From a virus: a DNA stretch of 64,000 nucleotides. How positions within the stretch are numbered: position 1 is the stretch's first letter; each line of letters begins with the position of its first letter. Under the pieces are notes generated by a model that worked only from the letters and a program-made list of their open reading frames with translations, had not been told where the DNA came from and ran no database searches. Location of the stretch: IMG/VR virus record IMGVR_UViG_3300045988_131721, positions 1 to 64,000 of that record; one strand, written 5' to 3'. Positions 51,999 to 61,413 of the stretch are shown here, piece after piece. A program made the translations under genes and the position numbers.

Positions 51999-53252
51999 AT
52001 GTATCAGAATGAGGAACATAAGAGAGGAGTAATTGAAAGGGGAGATGGTTACGAATATATAGGAAGTTATAAATTAAATGAAGTGACTATAGATGGTAAG
52101 AATAAAAAACATAATGCTACTTATATTAGAGTTAAATGTCCATATTGCAGAAGTGAATATGACGTGGCTTTGAGCAGTTTTGTAGGAAAATTAAAAACAA
52201 AATGTACCAATTGTTGCAATACTTATGAAAATTCTTTTGCTTATTATATTGAAAAAGAATTAAATGAAAAATTAGAGGATTATTGGGACTTTGAGGAGAA
52301 TGGAAGAAGAGGTATAAATCCTTATTGTGTAACTAAACATAATAGCAGTATTAAAATTTCAATTTGGTGTAAAAATAAGTGGTATCATGGTAGTTATTTT
52401 ACTACCACATCACATTTTACAGAAAATAAAAGATGCCCTTACTGTGCTAATCAAAAGGTTCACCCGTTAGATAGTTTTGGACAATATTTAATTAATACCT
52501 ATGGAAAAGATGCCATAAAAAAATATTGGAGTGATAAAAATATAAATTCCCCTTTTAAAATAAGCAAAGGAAGTGGAAAACCAATATATTTATATTGTCA
52601 AGATAAAGATTATCATAATGATTATGGAGGTTATTCTGTAGTTCCATATCAATTTATGAGAGGGGATAGATGTCCATATTGTACACATAAATCGGGAAAA
52701 GTTCATCCTAAAGATTCATTTGGAAACCTGTATCCCGAAAAGGCTAAATATTGGTCACCCAATAATAAAAAATCACCTTTTGAAGTAACTTCTAGAAGTG
52801 GTAAAAAATATAAATTTATTTGTGAAAAATGTGGTGAAGAGTTTGAAAGAGATTTAGCGAATCTAAATAGAAATAATATTGGAATTGTGTGTAAAAAATG
52901 TAATTCTTCACAATTAGAAACAAAAACTAAAAATATATTAGAAAAACATAATATTAAATATGAAATAGAAAAATCATTTTTTAATTTATATGGTGTAGGT
53001 GGTAAATTATTGAGATTTGATTTTTATTTATCAGATTATAATTTACTAATTGAATGTCAAGGAACTCAACATAAATCATGGCAGAAAACTTGGGTGACAA
53101 AAGAAGATTTTGAAAGACAATTAGAACATGACAAAAGAAAGAAACAATATGCTAAAGAAAATAATATCGATTTATTAGAAATTTGGTATTATGATATAGA
53201 TAATATAGAAAATATATTGATGCATAGATTGAATTTAAATAAAAATAATTAA
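51999..53252 (+). CDS. Homing-endonuclease-like protein, family B copy 2
   Basis: Start moved to MYQNEEHK. Same zinc-ribbon repeats and LRFDFYLSDYNLLIECQGTQH C-domain as 47329-48804. Ends NKNN in the 15-mer. Confidence 0.55.
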   Translation: MYQNEEHKRGVIERGDGYEYIGSYKLNEVTIDGKNKKHNATYIRVKCPYCRSEYDVALSSFVGKLKTKCTNCCNTYENSFAYYIEKELNEKLEDYWDFEENGRRGINPYCVTKHNSSIKISIWCKNKWYHGSYFTTTSHFTENKRCPYCANQKVHPLDSFGQYLINTYGKDAIKKYWSDKNINSPFKISKGSGKPIYLYCQDKDYHNDYGGYSVVPYQFMRGDRCPYCTHKSGKVHPKDSFGNLYPEKAKYWSPNNKKSPFEVTSRSGKKYKFICEKCGEEFERDLANLNRNNIGIVCKKCNSSQLETKTKNILEKHNIKYEIEKSFFNLYGVGGKLLRFDFYLSDYNLLIECQGTQHKSWQKTWVTKEDFERQLEHDKRKKQYAKENNIDLLEIWYYDIDNIENILMHRLNLNKNN

Positions 53253-53256
53253 TAAA
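53242..53256 (+). repeat. 15-mer junction motif supplying the stop codon and followed directly by an SD
   Basis: Reads aaa aat aat taa taaa aggagag. Confidence 0.95.
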
Positions 53257-53270
53257 AGGAGAGATGTGTA

Positions 53271-54359
53271 ATGATTAAAATACAAATGAATGAAACAAAA
53301 AAAGGGATGGAACAACTTAGAATTTATTTAAGAGGCGAAAGCAAGACTGGCAAAAGCACGTTATTCAGAGATATGATACTAGAAAAATATAATGGAGATG
53401 CTAGTAAAGGATTGCTTTGTCAAATTGGAAATGAAACAGGTGCGAATTTTCTAAGCGATTTACAAACAACACATATAGATAATTACAAAGATTTAATTGA
53501 ATTACAAAAACTCCTAATAACTGGTAAAGGCAAGGAACATAATATAGAAATGGTATGTTTCGATACAATTGACGAAATAACTGAAATATTTGAAAAGGAA
53601 GTTTGCAGACTTTCACAAATAGAAACAGGTAAGGTTTGTAAAACAATCAATAGTGCGTATTCGGGCTATGGTATGGGAATGGAAAAGACTAAATCATTAA
53701 TGAAATCTTATTTCACTAAACTTCATCGTGCTGGATTTGGAATTTTTTGTATCAGCCACAGTAAGGTAAAAAATATAAAACCAAAAGGCTGTAATGAAGA
53801 TGAGAGTTATATGGTGTTATCTTCATCATTATCTAATGCTTATAATAGTGTATTTGAAGATATATTTGATGCAATATTAACTATAACAGTTGAAAGAAAT
53901 GTAGTTGATGGAAAAATAGAAAACACTGAAAGAAGATTATATTTCAGAAGTGATGGATATGTTATGGGAGGTTGTAGATTTAATAATAAGGTAATACCTC
54001 AATACATAACTATCAATGACGACTCAAGACAATTTGCAAGAGATTTTATCAATACATTAGAAGATGCTATGAGAAATTCTTCTTCTACACCATTAACACA
54101 AGAACAATTTAAAGAATTACAAAAAGAAGAAAAGAAACAAGCTGAAAAAGATTTAAAACAAGTACAACAAGAAGTTGAACAACAAGAAAAGGAAGAACAA
54201 CAAAAATCAGTAGATGAATTAAAATCTCAATTAAAAGACAAACTTAAAGATACAAATGCTAAGAATATAGTAAAAGAATTCATGAAAGAAAAAGGTGTCA
54301 AAAGTGTTGCATCATTAGATGCTGAACAATTACAAGAAATATTAGCTAAATTACAATAA
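53271..54359 (+). CDS. Sak4-like / AAA_24-type RecA-fold ATPase (recombination mediator)
   Basis: Walker A GESKTGKS and Walker B MVCFDTIDE. Coiled-coil Q/E/K-rich C-terminus. Confidence 0.6.
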   Translation: MIKIQMNETKKGMEQLRIYLRGESKTGKSTLFRDMILEKYNGDASKGLLCQIGNETGANFLSDLQTTHIDNYKDLIELQKLLITGKGKEHNIEMVCFDTIDEITEIFEKEVCRLSQIETGKVCKTINSAYSGYGMGMEKTKSLMKSYFTKLHRAGFGIFCISHSKVKNIKPKGCNEDESYMVLSSSLSNAYNSVFEDIFDAILTITVERNVVDGKIENTERRLYFRSDGYVMGGCRFNNKVIPQYITINDDSRQFARDFINTLEDAMRNSSSTPLTQEQFKELQKEEKKQAEKDLKQVQQEVEQQEKEEQQKSVDELKSQLKDKLKDTNAKNIVKEFMKEKGVKSVASLDAEQLQEILAKLQ

Positions 54360-54467
54360 TAAATAGTGGAGAAATTAATCTCCACTCCCCTGTGGGAGTG
54401 ATTAAATGTTTGGAGCGTGTAATAGAAAACCTAAACAAATTATAGATTTAAAGAGGAGGATTAATAT

Positions 54468-55388
54468 ATGATTAAATTAATAACACATAACGATTTAGAT
54501 GGGATAGGATGCGAAGTAGTATTTAAGCTTTTATATGGTGATAAAGTGGATGTCTTTTCAGTAGGAAATAATGAAGTCAATAACATCGTAGAGCAATCAT
54601 TGGAAGAACTAAGATTTGGAATTTACGAGCAATTATTTATAACAGATTTATCTATAAATGAAGAATTGGCAGAGATAATAAATAAAGAAGGTTTAAAAGT
54701 ACAATTATTAGACCATCATCCGTCAGCAACTCATTTAAATAAATATTCATTTGCAAATGTAACAACACACATGTTAGATGGATTAAAAGATAGTGGTACA
54801 CATCTATCTTTTATTTATTTGTTAGATAAATTACTAAATAAAGGATTGTATAATGAATCTCTTGAAGATTTTGTTGAATTAGTAAGACAATATGACACTT
54901 GGGAATGGAAAGAAATATTTAGAAACGAAGAAGCTAAACAGTTAAGTGATTTGCTTTATATATTAGGTAGAGAAAAATTCGTTAATGATATGGTGCATAG
55001 AATAAAAAATAATGAAGAATTATTTAGTAGAACAGATAAAGCAATATTAAAAATAAAACAAAAAGAAATAGATAATTACATTAATATAAAAGAAAAAGAA
55101 CTTATAATTAAAGATTTTAAACTTTATAAAATAGGTATAGTTATGGCTGACTCTTACACAAGTGAATTAGGAAATATATTATGTGAAAGACATGAAGAAT
55201 TAGATTTTGTAGCTATAATTAAAAAAGAAACGGTATCATTAAGAACTGTTAAAGATGATGTTAATTTAACAGATATAGCTAAACAATTTGGTGGAGGAGG
55301 TCATCCAAAAGCTAGTGGTTTTCCATTAAGCAATGTTAAATTAAATAATTTTATAAATGATATTTTTGATATAAAGGAAGGAGAATAA
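54468..55388 (+). CDS. DHH/DHHA1 phosphoesterase (NrnA/RecJ-core-like)
   Basis: Motif I HNDLDGIGC, motif III LLDHHPS and the DHHA1 motif GGGGHPKASGF. Confidence 0.8.
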   Translation: MIKLITHNDLDGIGCEVVFKLLYGDKVDVFSVGNNEVNNIVEQSLEELRFGIYEQLFITDLSINEELAEIINKEGLKVQLLDHHPSATHLNKYSFANVTTHMLDGLKDSGTHLSFIYLLDKLLNKGLYNESLEDFVELVRQYDTWEWKEIFRNEEAKQLSDLLYILGREKFVNDMVHRIKNNEELFSRTDKAILKIKQKEIDNYINIKEKELIIKDFKLYKIGIVMADSYTSELGNILCERHEELDFVAIIKKETVSLRTVKDDVNLTDIAKQFGGGGHPKASGFPLSNVKLNNFINDIFDIKEGE

Positions 55389-55390
55389 AT

Positions 55391-55660
55391 ATGAAAAGAT
55401 TAATTAGTAATTATATTGATAAAAAATTTTACAAATTAGGATGGGTGAAAAGAGAAGAAAATAAATATATAATAGCTTATGAAAAACATATTAAAAAGTA
55501 TGATTATATGCATCATATAGATATAATACATAAACGAAATGGTAATCATCTAATTCAATCATATTGTGATACAGAGACAAATAACCTATTTAGTTATATG
55601 GTAGGGTTAAATTTTAAAGAAATATTATTATCGATTTTAAAAATGAAATTAATATTTTAG
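55391..55660 (+). CDS. Hypothetical protein
   Basis: 89 aa. SD aaggaagg. Confidence 0.6.
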   Translation: MKRLISNYIDKKFYKLGWVKREENKYIIAYEKHIKKYDYMHHIDIIHKRNGNHLIQSYCDTETNNLFSYMVGLNFKEILLSILKMKLIF

Positions 55661-55668
55661 GAGGTATT

Positions 55669-56016
55669 ATGTGTAAATTTTGTGAAGGATTATTCAACGA
55701 TAAGCGTGAAGTAGAATGGTATATGAGAAGTGAATATGCTGACGATAATTTTTGTGAAAAGGTCTTTAATAATTCATGTGATAATTGTAAAAAATGTAGT
55801 AATCAATATATATTAAAAGGTTATTTATTTGACAATAGAGCATATATTGTATGTGATTATAAATTTACGAACGGGGATATATTAATGTGGAATTCTACAG
55901 AACCATTACCTGTAAATTATTGTCCTTATTGTGGGAGAAAATTAAGCAAAAGTATCATTGATTTCAATAATATAGGTTGTAATATAATAAATATGTTAGA
56001 TAAGGAAGGTGATTAA
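55669..56016 (+). CDS. Zinc-ribbon protein
   Basis: CKFC...CDNCKKC...CPYCGRK. C-terminus similar to the next ORF. Confidence 0.6.
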   Translation: MCKFCEGLFNDKREVEWYMRSEYADDNFCEKVFNNSCDNCKKCSNQYILKGYLFDNRAYIVCDYKFTNGDILMWNSTEPLPVNYCPYCGRKLSKSIIDFNNIGCNIINMLDKEGD

Positions 56017-56214
56017 ATGTGCATTTATTGTGAGCAAGGTAAGGGCATATGTGACAATAGAAAAGAATTAGGAATAGAATTACATTCGGGTACAAGTGAA
56101 TTAGTAGCATATGGATTAGATGATAATAATTGGGATATAAGTGTTAAGTGTGAAATAAATTTCTGTCCTATGTGTGGTAAAAAAATAAGAAAAGAAAATA
56201 AAGAAGGTGATTAA
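56017..56214 (+). CDS. Zinc-ribbon protein
   Basis: CIYC...CPMCGKK. Both ORFs end in KEGD. Confidence 0.6.
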   Translation: MCIYCEQGKGICDNRKELGIELHSGTSELVAYGLDDNNWDISVKCEINFCPMCGKKIRKENKEGD

Positions 56215-56775
56215 ATGGCAAAACCTAAAATGGTCATTTGCAAATACTGCAAGACTAAGATAGATAAAAATACAGCATTTAGAGAAGAGTATCTTAATGA
56301 CAATGGTGAAATAAAAAATAGATACTTTTGTAGCGAGAAATGTTATGACAAAAAACAAAATGAGATTAAGAAAAAAGAATGGGAGAAAGAAATAAAAAAA
56401 GAAAATAGGGAGAAAATAAGAAGTATATGTAATTTAAATGAGAAAGAAAAGAATATATATTTTCAAAGTACTTATAAAAGTATTACTGATAATTTTTCAC
56501 AAGAAGATATATATGAATTTATTAATAAATATGAGAAAGATATGTTAGATATATTAAACAATATAGATTTTAAAACTGTTAATTCAAGAATTAAATATTG
56601 TTTATCAATGTTAGAAAATCAATTACAACATTATATAGCCGAGAATCAATTAGATAAACAAGAATCTAAAGAAAAAATAGAAGAAGTAGAACCAAGTTTT
56701 GTAGATGATTTCGATATAGTAGTTAATGTAAAGAAAAAAGCGCCTAGGGATATTGACGACATATTAGGATTATAA
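56215..56775 (+). CDS. Hypothetical protein with an N-terminal zinc ribbon
   Basis: CKYCKTK...CSEKC. 186 aa. Confidence 0.6.
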   Translation: MAKPKMVICKYCKTKIDKNTAFREEYLNDNGEIKNRYFCSEKCYDKKQNEIKKKEWEKEIKKENREKIRSICNLNEKEKNIYFQSTYKSITDNFSQEDIYEFINKYEKDMLDILNNIDFKTVNSRIKYCLSMLENQLQHYIAENQLDKQESKEKIEEVEPSFVDDFDIVVNVKKKAPRDIDDILGL

Positions 56776-56790
56776 GGAGGTAATAATCTT

Positions 56791-57087
56791 ATGAATGAAA
56801 TATATAAAAAGGAAATTAAAGAATTATTCGATGAATATTATAGACTTTCACCAATAACTAACGACGACTTCAAAAGAGTTATAAAGAAACAAGCTGAAGA
56901 TATGAATATTGAAAATTTGGAAAATCTAGATGAAATAAGCAAAGCGTGTTGTAATAATTTTAAAAATAATATAGATATGTTAAAAGACATATATAACAGT
57001 ATATGGGGATTCACTTTAAATAATGAGGAAGAACTAATTTATTATATAAGTTTAATTAGAGGTATATTGAATATGTTAAAACAATAA
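56791..57087 (+). CDS. Hypothetical protein
   Basis: 98 aa. SD aaggagg. Confidence 0.6.
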   Translation: MNEIYKKEIKELFDEYYRLSPITNDDFKRVIKKQAEDMNIENLENLDEISKACCNNFKNNIDMLKDIYNSIWGFTLNNEEELIYYISLIRGILNMLKQ

Positions 57088-57100
57088 GGAGGTCTAATTT

Positions 57101-57322
57101 ATGGAAAATATATTAGAGTTTCAAATGAGAAAAGAGCAGGAATATTTAAATAATTTGTTAGATAGTATAAATAATTTATTAAATAATGAATTTGAATTTA
57201 GCGAAGATACTAAGGCGCAATTAGAAATTGAGAAAAAAATAATATTGGCAAAATTAAGCGTATGGAAAACAGTAGAGAGGGCTGTAGAAGAATTAAAGAA
57301 CGATATTATATTTGAAAAATAA
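57101..57322 (+). CDS. Hypothetical coiled-coil protein
   Basis: 73 aa. SD aaggagg. Confidence 0.6.
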   Translation: MENILEFQMRKEQEYLNNLLDSINNLLNNEFEFSEDTKAQLEIEKKIILAKLSVWKTVERAVEELKNDIIFEK

Positions 57323-57348
57323 TTAATAACAAAATAGGAGTTGATATT

Positions 57349-58473
57349 ATGGATGAAAAAAATAGAAAGAGATATTTTCTTGCAAACGAGGATTTATATC
57401 AATTAACGGTAGATTTTGAATGTTTATTATTTGCTTTTGAAAAATTAGACCTTCTAACTTCTACAAAACTAAAACCAGACATTGAAGAATGTATCTTAAT
57501 TAGTGATTTTAGTGCTTATCAATTCATAGATTATGAAGAATTAGAAAATTCCAATAAAGATACCTTAACAAGAATAGCAATATTATTATGTAAACAAATA
57601 TTAAAATTTAAATATGGAGAATCAATGAGTATACCTATTATTGAAGATTATGAAAAAGCTTATGATAGATGGAAGTTGAATAACATAAGTAAAAAAGAAA
57701 CAAAAGAATGTAAATTAGACGATGTAATACTTGACAAAGAAATAAAAGCAGATGTGCTTAGTACAATAAACTTTGTAAAAAATATGGAAAAATATAAAGA
57801 GATTGGATGTGAATTACCAAGTGGTATATTACTAGAAGGGTCACCAGGTACTGGAAAAACATTACTTGCTAAATCAATAGCTAGCGAATCTAATATGAAT
57901 TTTAAATCAATAGTAGCATCAGATTTTGCCGAAAAATACGTAGGGGAGTCAAGTAAAAAGGTGCAAAAAATATTTGATGACTTAAAAAATAAAGGTGGAG
58001 GAATTCTTTTTATAGATGAAATTGACGCTATAGGTGTAAATCGTGAAGGTGACGATAACAAGGAATATAGAAGTGCAATGAACAAACTATTATCTTGTAT
58101 GAATGAAGCAAGTGATAATAAGATTATAGTTATAGGAGCAACGAATTTAGTAGAACAATTAGACCCAGCATTAATTAGAGAAGGGAGATTTGATAAGGTT
58201 ATAACTATTCCATTGCCTTCTTACGAATTAAGAATTGAACTATTTAAATTATATGTTAACAAACTTAAACATGAGGACGATATAGATTACGAATTATTGG
58301 CTAAAATAACAGAAGGACAAACTGGAGCATTTATTCATACAGTTTGTAATCATAGTGGTATATATGCCGTAGATAAAGGTTTACATAAAATTAATCAAAG
58401 TTGTTTATTACATACAATAGAAAGAATGGTTAGAGATAAAAAAGTAAAAAAATCAACTATTGGATTTAAATAA
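57349..58473 (+). CDS. AAA+ ATPase (FtsH/Cdc48-type AAA module) with a unique N-domain
   Basis: Walker A GSPGTGKT, Walker B ILFIDEIDA and second region of homology GATNLVEQLDPALIREGRFD. No protease domain. Confidence 0.8.
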   Translation: MDEKNRKRYFLANEDLYQLTVDFECLLFAFEKLDLLTSTKLKPDIEECILISDFSAYQFIDYEELENSNKDTLTRIAILLCKQILKFKYGESMSIPIIEDYEKAYDRWKLNNISKKETKECKLDDVILDKEIKADVLSTINFVKNMEKYKEIGCELPSGILLEGSPGTGKTLLAKSIASESNMNFKSIVASDFAEKYVGESSKKVQKIFDDLKNKGGGILFIDEIDAIGVNREGDDNKEYRSAMNKLLSCMNEASDNKIIVIGATNLVEQLDPALIREGRFDKVITIPLPSYELRIELFKLYVNKLKHEDDIDYELLAKITEGQTGAFIHTVCNHSGIYAVDKGLHKINQSCLLHTIERMVRDKKVKKSTIGFK

Positions 58474-58499
58474 CATTAGGAATAAAATAAATATAAGAG

Positions 58500-59558
58500 G
58501 TGATTATTATAAAAAGTAAAAGAAGAATAATTTATGAAATATATTTTCCTGCCTTCTGTAAAGACTTAAAGGATTTAACAAATAAAACATCATATTTCAA
58601 GGAACTAGGAGTAACAACCTTATGGCTGACTCCTATATTTCCTTCTTGTAACCAACATGGATACGATATAATAGATTACACAGATATTAAAAAAGAATAC
58701 GGAACATTAGAAGATTTCGATAGATTTGTAGAAGTAGCACATGAAAATAACTTAGAAGTTTTATTAGATTTAGTATTATGTCATACAAGTACACAAAATG
58801 AATTATTTAAAGAAAGTATAAAAGGGCAAAATGATTGTTACTTCTGGAGTGATAAACAACAAAATAATCAATGGAGAATATGTCATGATAATCAGAAATA
58901 TTATTTAGCAAAATGGAGTTATGACATGCCACAGTTAAACAATCAATCTGAAACAGTAAGAGATATGATAAAGGACATAATAAAGTTTTGGTTAATAGAC
59001 CATAATATAGACGGATTTAGACTGGATGCCATAATCTATGCATCTGGTAATTCAATTGAATTTTGGAAATGGTTTTGTGACGAAGTTTATAAAATAAAAC
59101 CAAACGCTTATATAGTTGGAGAAGCTTGGGATACATATGAAATAAGTAATAAATATGCCAAAGAAACAGGAATGAAAAGTTTCAATTTTGAGCAAGCAGG
59201 GTGGATAAAACATTCCTTAAACACAGGAAATCCATTAGTAATTAAAAATGACCCAAAATATGATGTTAACTTCTTGTGTAATCATGATATGAGCAGAATT
59301 AGCAATTCTGTAGGACATGATATGAATAAGTTATTTAAAGCCGTTGATATGTTATTTTCATTAGATGGTGATGTTTGTATATATTACGGTGATGAAATAA
59401 ATATGGGATTAAACCAAGATTGTCATGTTGAACAAGGAGGATACGGCGACTGGAAAGTTAGAGGAAAAATGGACTGGCATGAAGCAAAAAGACAAAGAAA
59501 AGACCCTAATAGCTTGTTTAATTATTATAAAAAGAAAATAAAGGAATATAAAAAATAA
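58500..59558 (+). CDS. Glycoside hydrolase family 13 (alpha-amylase catalytic domain) protein, short form
   Basis: GH13 regions DLVLCHTS, DGFRLDA, GEAWD and FLCNHDM. The start is uncertain: no in-frame ATG, only GTG/ATT/ATA near the SD aagagg. Confidence 0.7.
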   Translation: MIIIKSKRRIIYEIYFPAFCKDLKDLTNKTSYFKELGVTTLWLTPIFPSCNQHGYDIIDYTDIKKEYGTLEDFDRFVEVAHENNLEVLLDLVLCHTSTQNELFKESIKGQNDCYFWSDKQQNNQWRICHDNQKYYLAKWSYDMPQLNNQSETVRDMIKDIIKFWLIDHNIDGFRLDAIIYASGNSIEFWKWFCDEVYKIKPNAYIVGEAWDTYEISNKYAKETGMKSFNFEQAGWIKHSLNTGNPLVIKNDPKYDVNFLCNHDMSRISNSVGHDMNKLFKAVDMLFSLDGDVCIYYGDEINMGLNQDCHVEQGGYGDWKVRGKMDWHEAKRQRKDPNSLFNYYKKKIKEYKK

Positions 59559-59566
59559 TTAATAAA

Positions 59567-59600
59567 TAGCTCAAGTTAAATCGACTTGAGCTATATTTGT
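59567..59600 (+). terminator. Rho-independent terminator
   Basis: TAGCTCAAGT taaatcg ACTTGAGCTA followed by tatttg. Confidence 0.7.
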
Positions 59601-59670
59601 AGGTATAAATTATCAATGAATAAATTAAAAGGGCTTAGAATGGCATTTAAAAGGTCAAAATTTTTATCAA

Positions 59671-59703
59671 TCATAGGTAATTTTTGGTGAATTAATGTTA
59701 ATA
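59671..59703 (+). promoter_or_regulatory. Class-2 promoter-like box
   Basis: Reads TCATAGGTAATTTTT ggtgaattaat GTTAATA. Confidence 0.6.
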
Positions 59704-59731
59704 CGGTAATATAAGAGAGGAGTGATAGAAA

Positions 59732-59800
59732 ATGTATTATAATGAGGAACATAAAAAAAAGAGTAATTGAAAGTGGGGATGGTAATTATTGAATATAGAA
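59732..59800 (+). pseudogene. 5' remnant of a family-B homing-endonuclease-like gene
   Basis: MYYNEEHKK, then an A8 run and a frameshift; VIESGDGNY continues in another frame. Compare MYYNEEHKNIVEKRGDGYTY at 47329. Confidence 0.6.
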
Positions 59801-59840
59801 AAAGTACAGATTGAAAATAATTAATAAAGGGGTGATAAAT

Positions 59841-61400
59841 ATGAAAATATTATACGAAGAATTGCCAGACTATCTACAAAAAAATAGAAAAAGCATTGAA
59901 GGAACTGTTTTGGGAGTTTTATTCCAAGACATAATGAGTGTTAAAGAATATAACTTAGACGATATATTTATAACACATGAAGGAATGGTATTATATAGAA
60001 TCGTTAAAACGCTTTCAGATAATAATGTATTGAAAGTTAGTGATTTAGATATTAAACTTCAATGTGAACCTTCTCTAGTTAAAGAGTATACTGACTTAGG
60101 TGGTTTTAAAATGGTAGAAATATTAATGAGAACAACAGAATTAGAAAATGCCAATTCATACATTGATTCGTTGCTTAAACATAATATGTTAATATCATTT
60201 TGGGAAGATGGGTTGGATTTAACAAAAGAGATAACTATAACAACTAAAAAAGGTGAAACTCAAATTAGTTGGTTAAATTTGGCTGATAAAATGACTACGG
60301 ATGAATTATTAAATTTTAAAGAAAGTAGAGACACTTCTTATCTGCCAATTAGTATTAATTCGGATGTAAAGGAACACGTTGGTGAAATAAGCATGGACTT
60401 TATAGAAAACTTAGAAAATGGTAATGAAGTTGGATTTTTATTTGAAAATGTCTTATCTTCTAAGTTTTTACCAACTATAAGTAAAGAAATACTAGGATTA
60501 AGAAAGAGAACATTGAATTTTATTGCCAGTTCTATAAATATTGGGAAAAGTACATTATTATCTAATCTAGCCTTATCTTTAGCATCTAATGGGTATAGAA
60601 CGTTGTTGATGACAAACGAGGAAGACATAAGTGCTTTCAAGATTAAATTCCTAACTTATTTGGTAAATAATGAGGTAGGATATAAAAAAATAAATCAAAA
60701 GAAAATTAAATCTGGTGGATTAACTGACGAAGATAAACTAGCACTTAGGGAGGCAAGAAATATATATAATGAAAAAATAGCAGACAATTTAATAATTGTA
60801 AGTACTAATACAATGAACATGGGTAGTATGAAAAAAATAATTAGGAAATATTCATTAAGTAGTAAAGGTTTAGATGTGTTTCTATTTGATACATTCAAAA
60901 TGAGTAACGGCACAGATGATGATTGGAAAGCCTTAGTAAAACAATCTCGTGAAATCCATGAATTAACAAAGATTTATGATATATGTGCTGTAATGACTTA
61001 TCAATTAGCAATGAGTAATCAAGGAGCTTTATTTCTAGATATCTCAATGATGGCGAATAGTAAACAAATTGGGGAAGTGGCTAGTGAAATTTTTTTAATG
61101 AGAACTTTATATAAAGAAGAGTTAGATAAGGATTCTAAAGCATATTGTAAACCTTTTAAAAGAGTAAAGAAAGGCGATAGATGGGTCGAAGAAGAGGTTG
61201 AGTTGAGTCCAGATTCAAATTATAGGATATTTTTTATAGGAAAATCGAGAAGTACAACTGTGTCAAGCGATAGTAATACAGCTTTCATATTACATATGAA
61301 TACATATAGCACAAAGATTAGTGAAGTATGTTTTTGCCACCCACAACGAATGAATATAAACAATATTAATCAACAAAATAATAAATTTGGTAAAAAGTAG
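59841..61400 (+). CDS. dnaB: DnaB-like replicative DNA helicase
   Basis: Start moved to the ATG after SD aaagggg. Walker A SSINIGKST and Walker B-like VFLFDTF. Length and N-domain are typical of DnaB. Confidence 0.7.
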   Translation: MKILYEELPDYLQKNRKSIEGTVLGVLFQDIMSVKEYNLDDIFITHEGMVLYRIVKTLSDNNVLKVSDLDIKLQCEPSLVKEYTDLGGFKMVEILMRTTELENANSYIDSLLKHNMLISFWEDGLDLTKEITITTKKGETQISWLNLADKMTTDELLNFKESRDTSYLPISINSDVKEHVGEISMDFIENLENGNEVGFLFENVLSSKFLPTISKEILGLRKRTLNFIASSINIGKSTLLSNLALSLASNGYRTLLMTNEEDISAFKIKFLTYLVNNEVGYKKINQKKIKSGGLTDEDKLALREARNIYNEKIADNLIIVSTNTMNMGSMKKIIRKYSLSSKGLDVFLFDTFKMSNGTDDDWKALVKQSREIHELTKIYDICAVMTYQLAMSNQGALFLDISMMANSKQIGEVASEIFLMRTLYKEELDKDSKAYCKPFKRVKKGDRWVEEEVELSPDSNYRIFFIGKSRSTTVSSDSNTAFILHMNTYSTKISEVCFCHPQRMNINNINQQNNKFGKK

Positions 61401-61413
61401 GTGACAAACCTAT

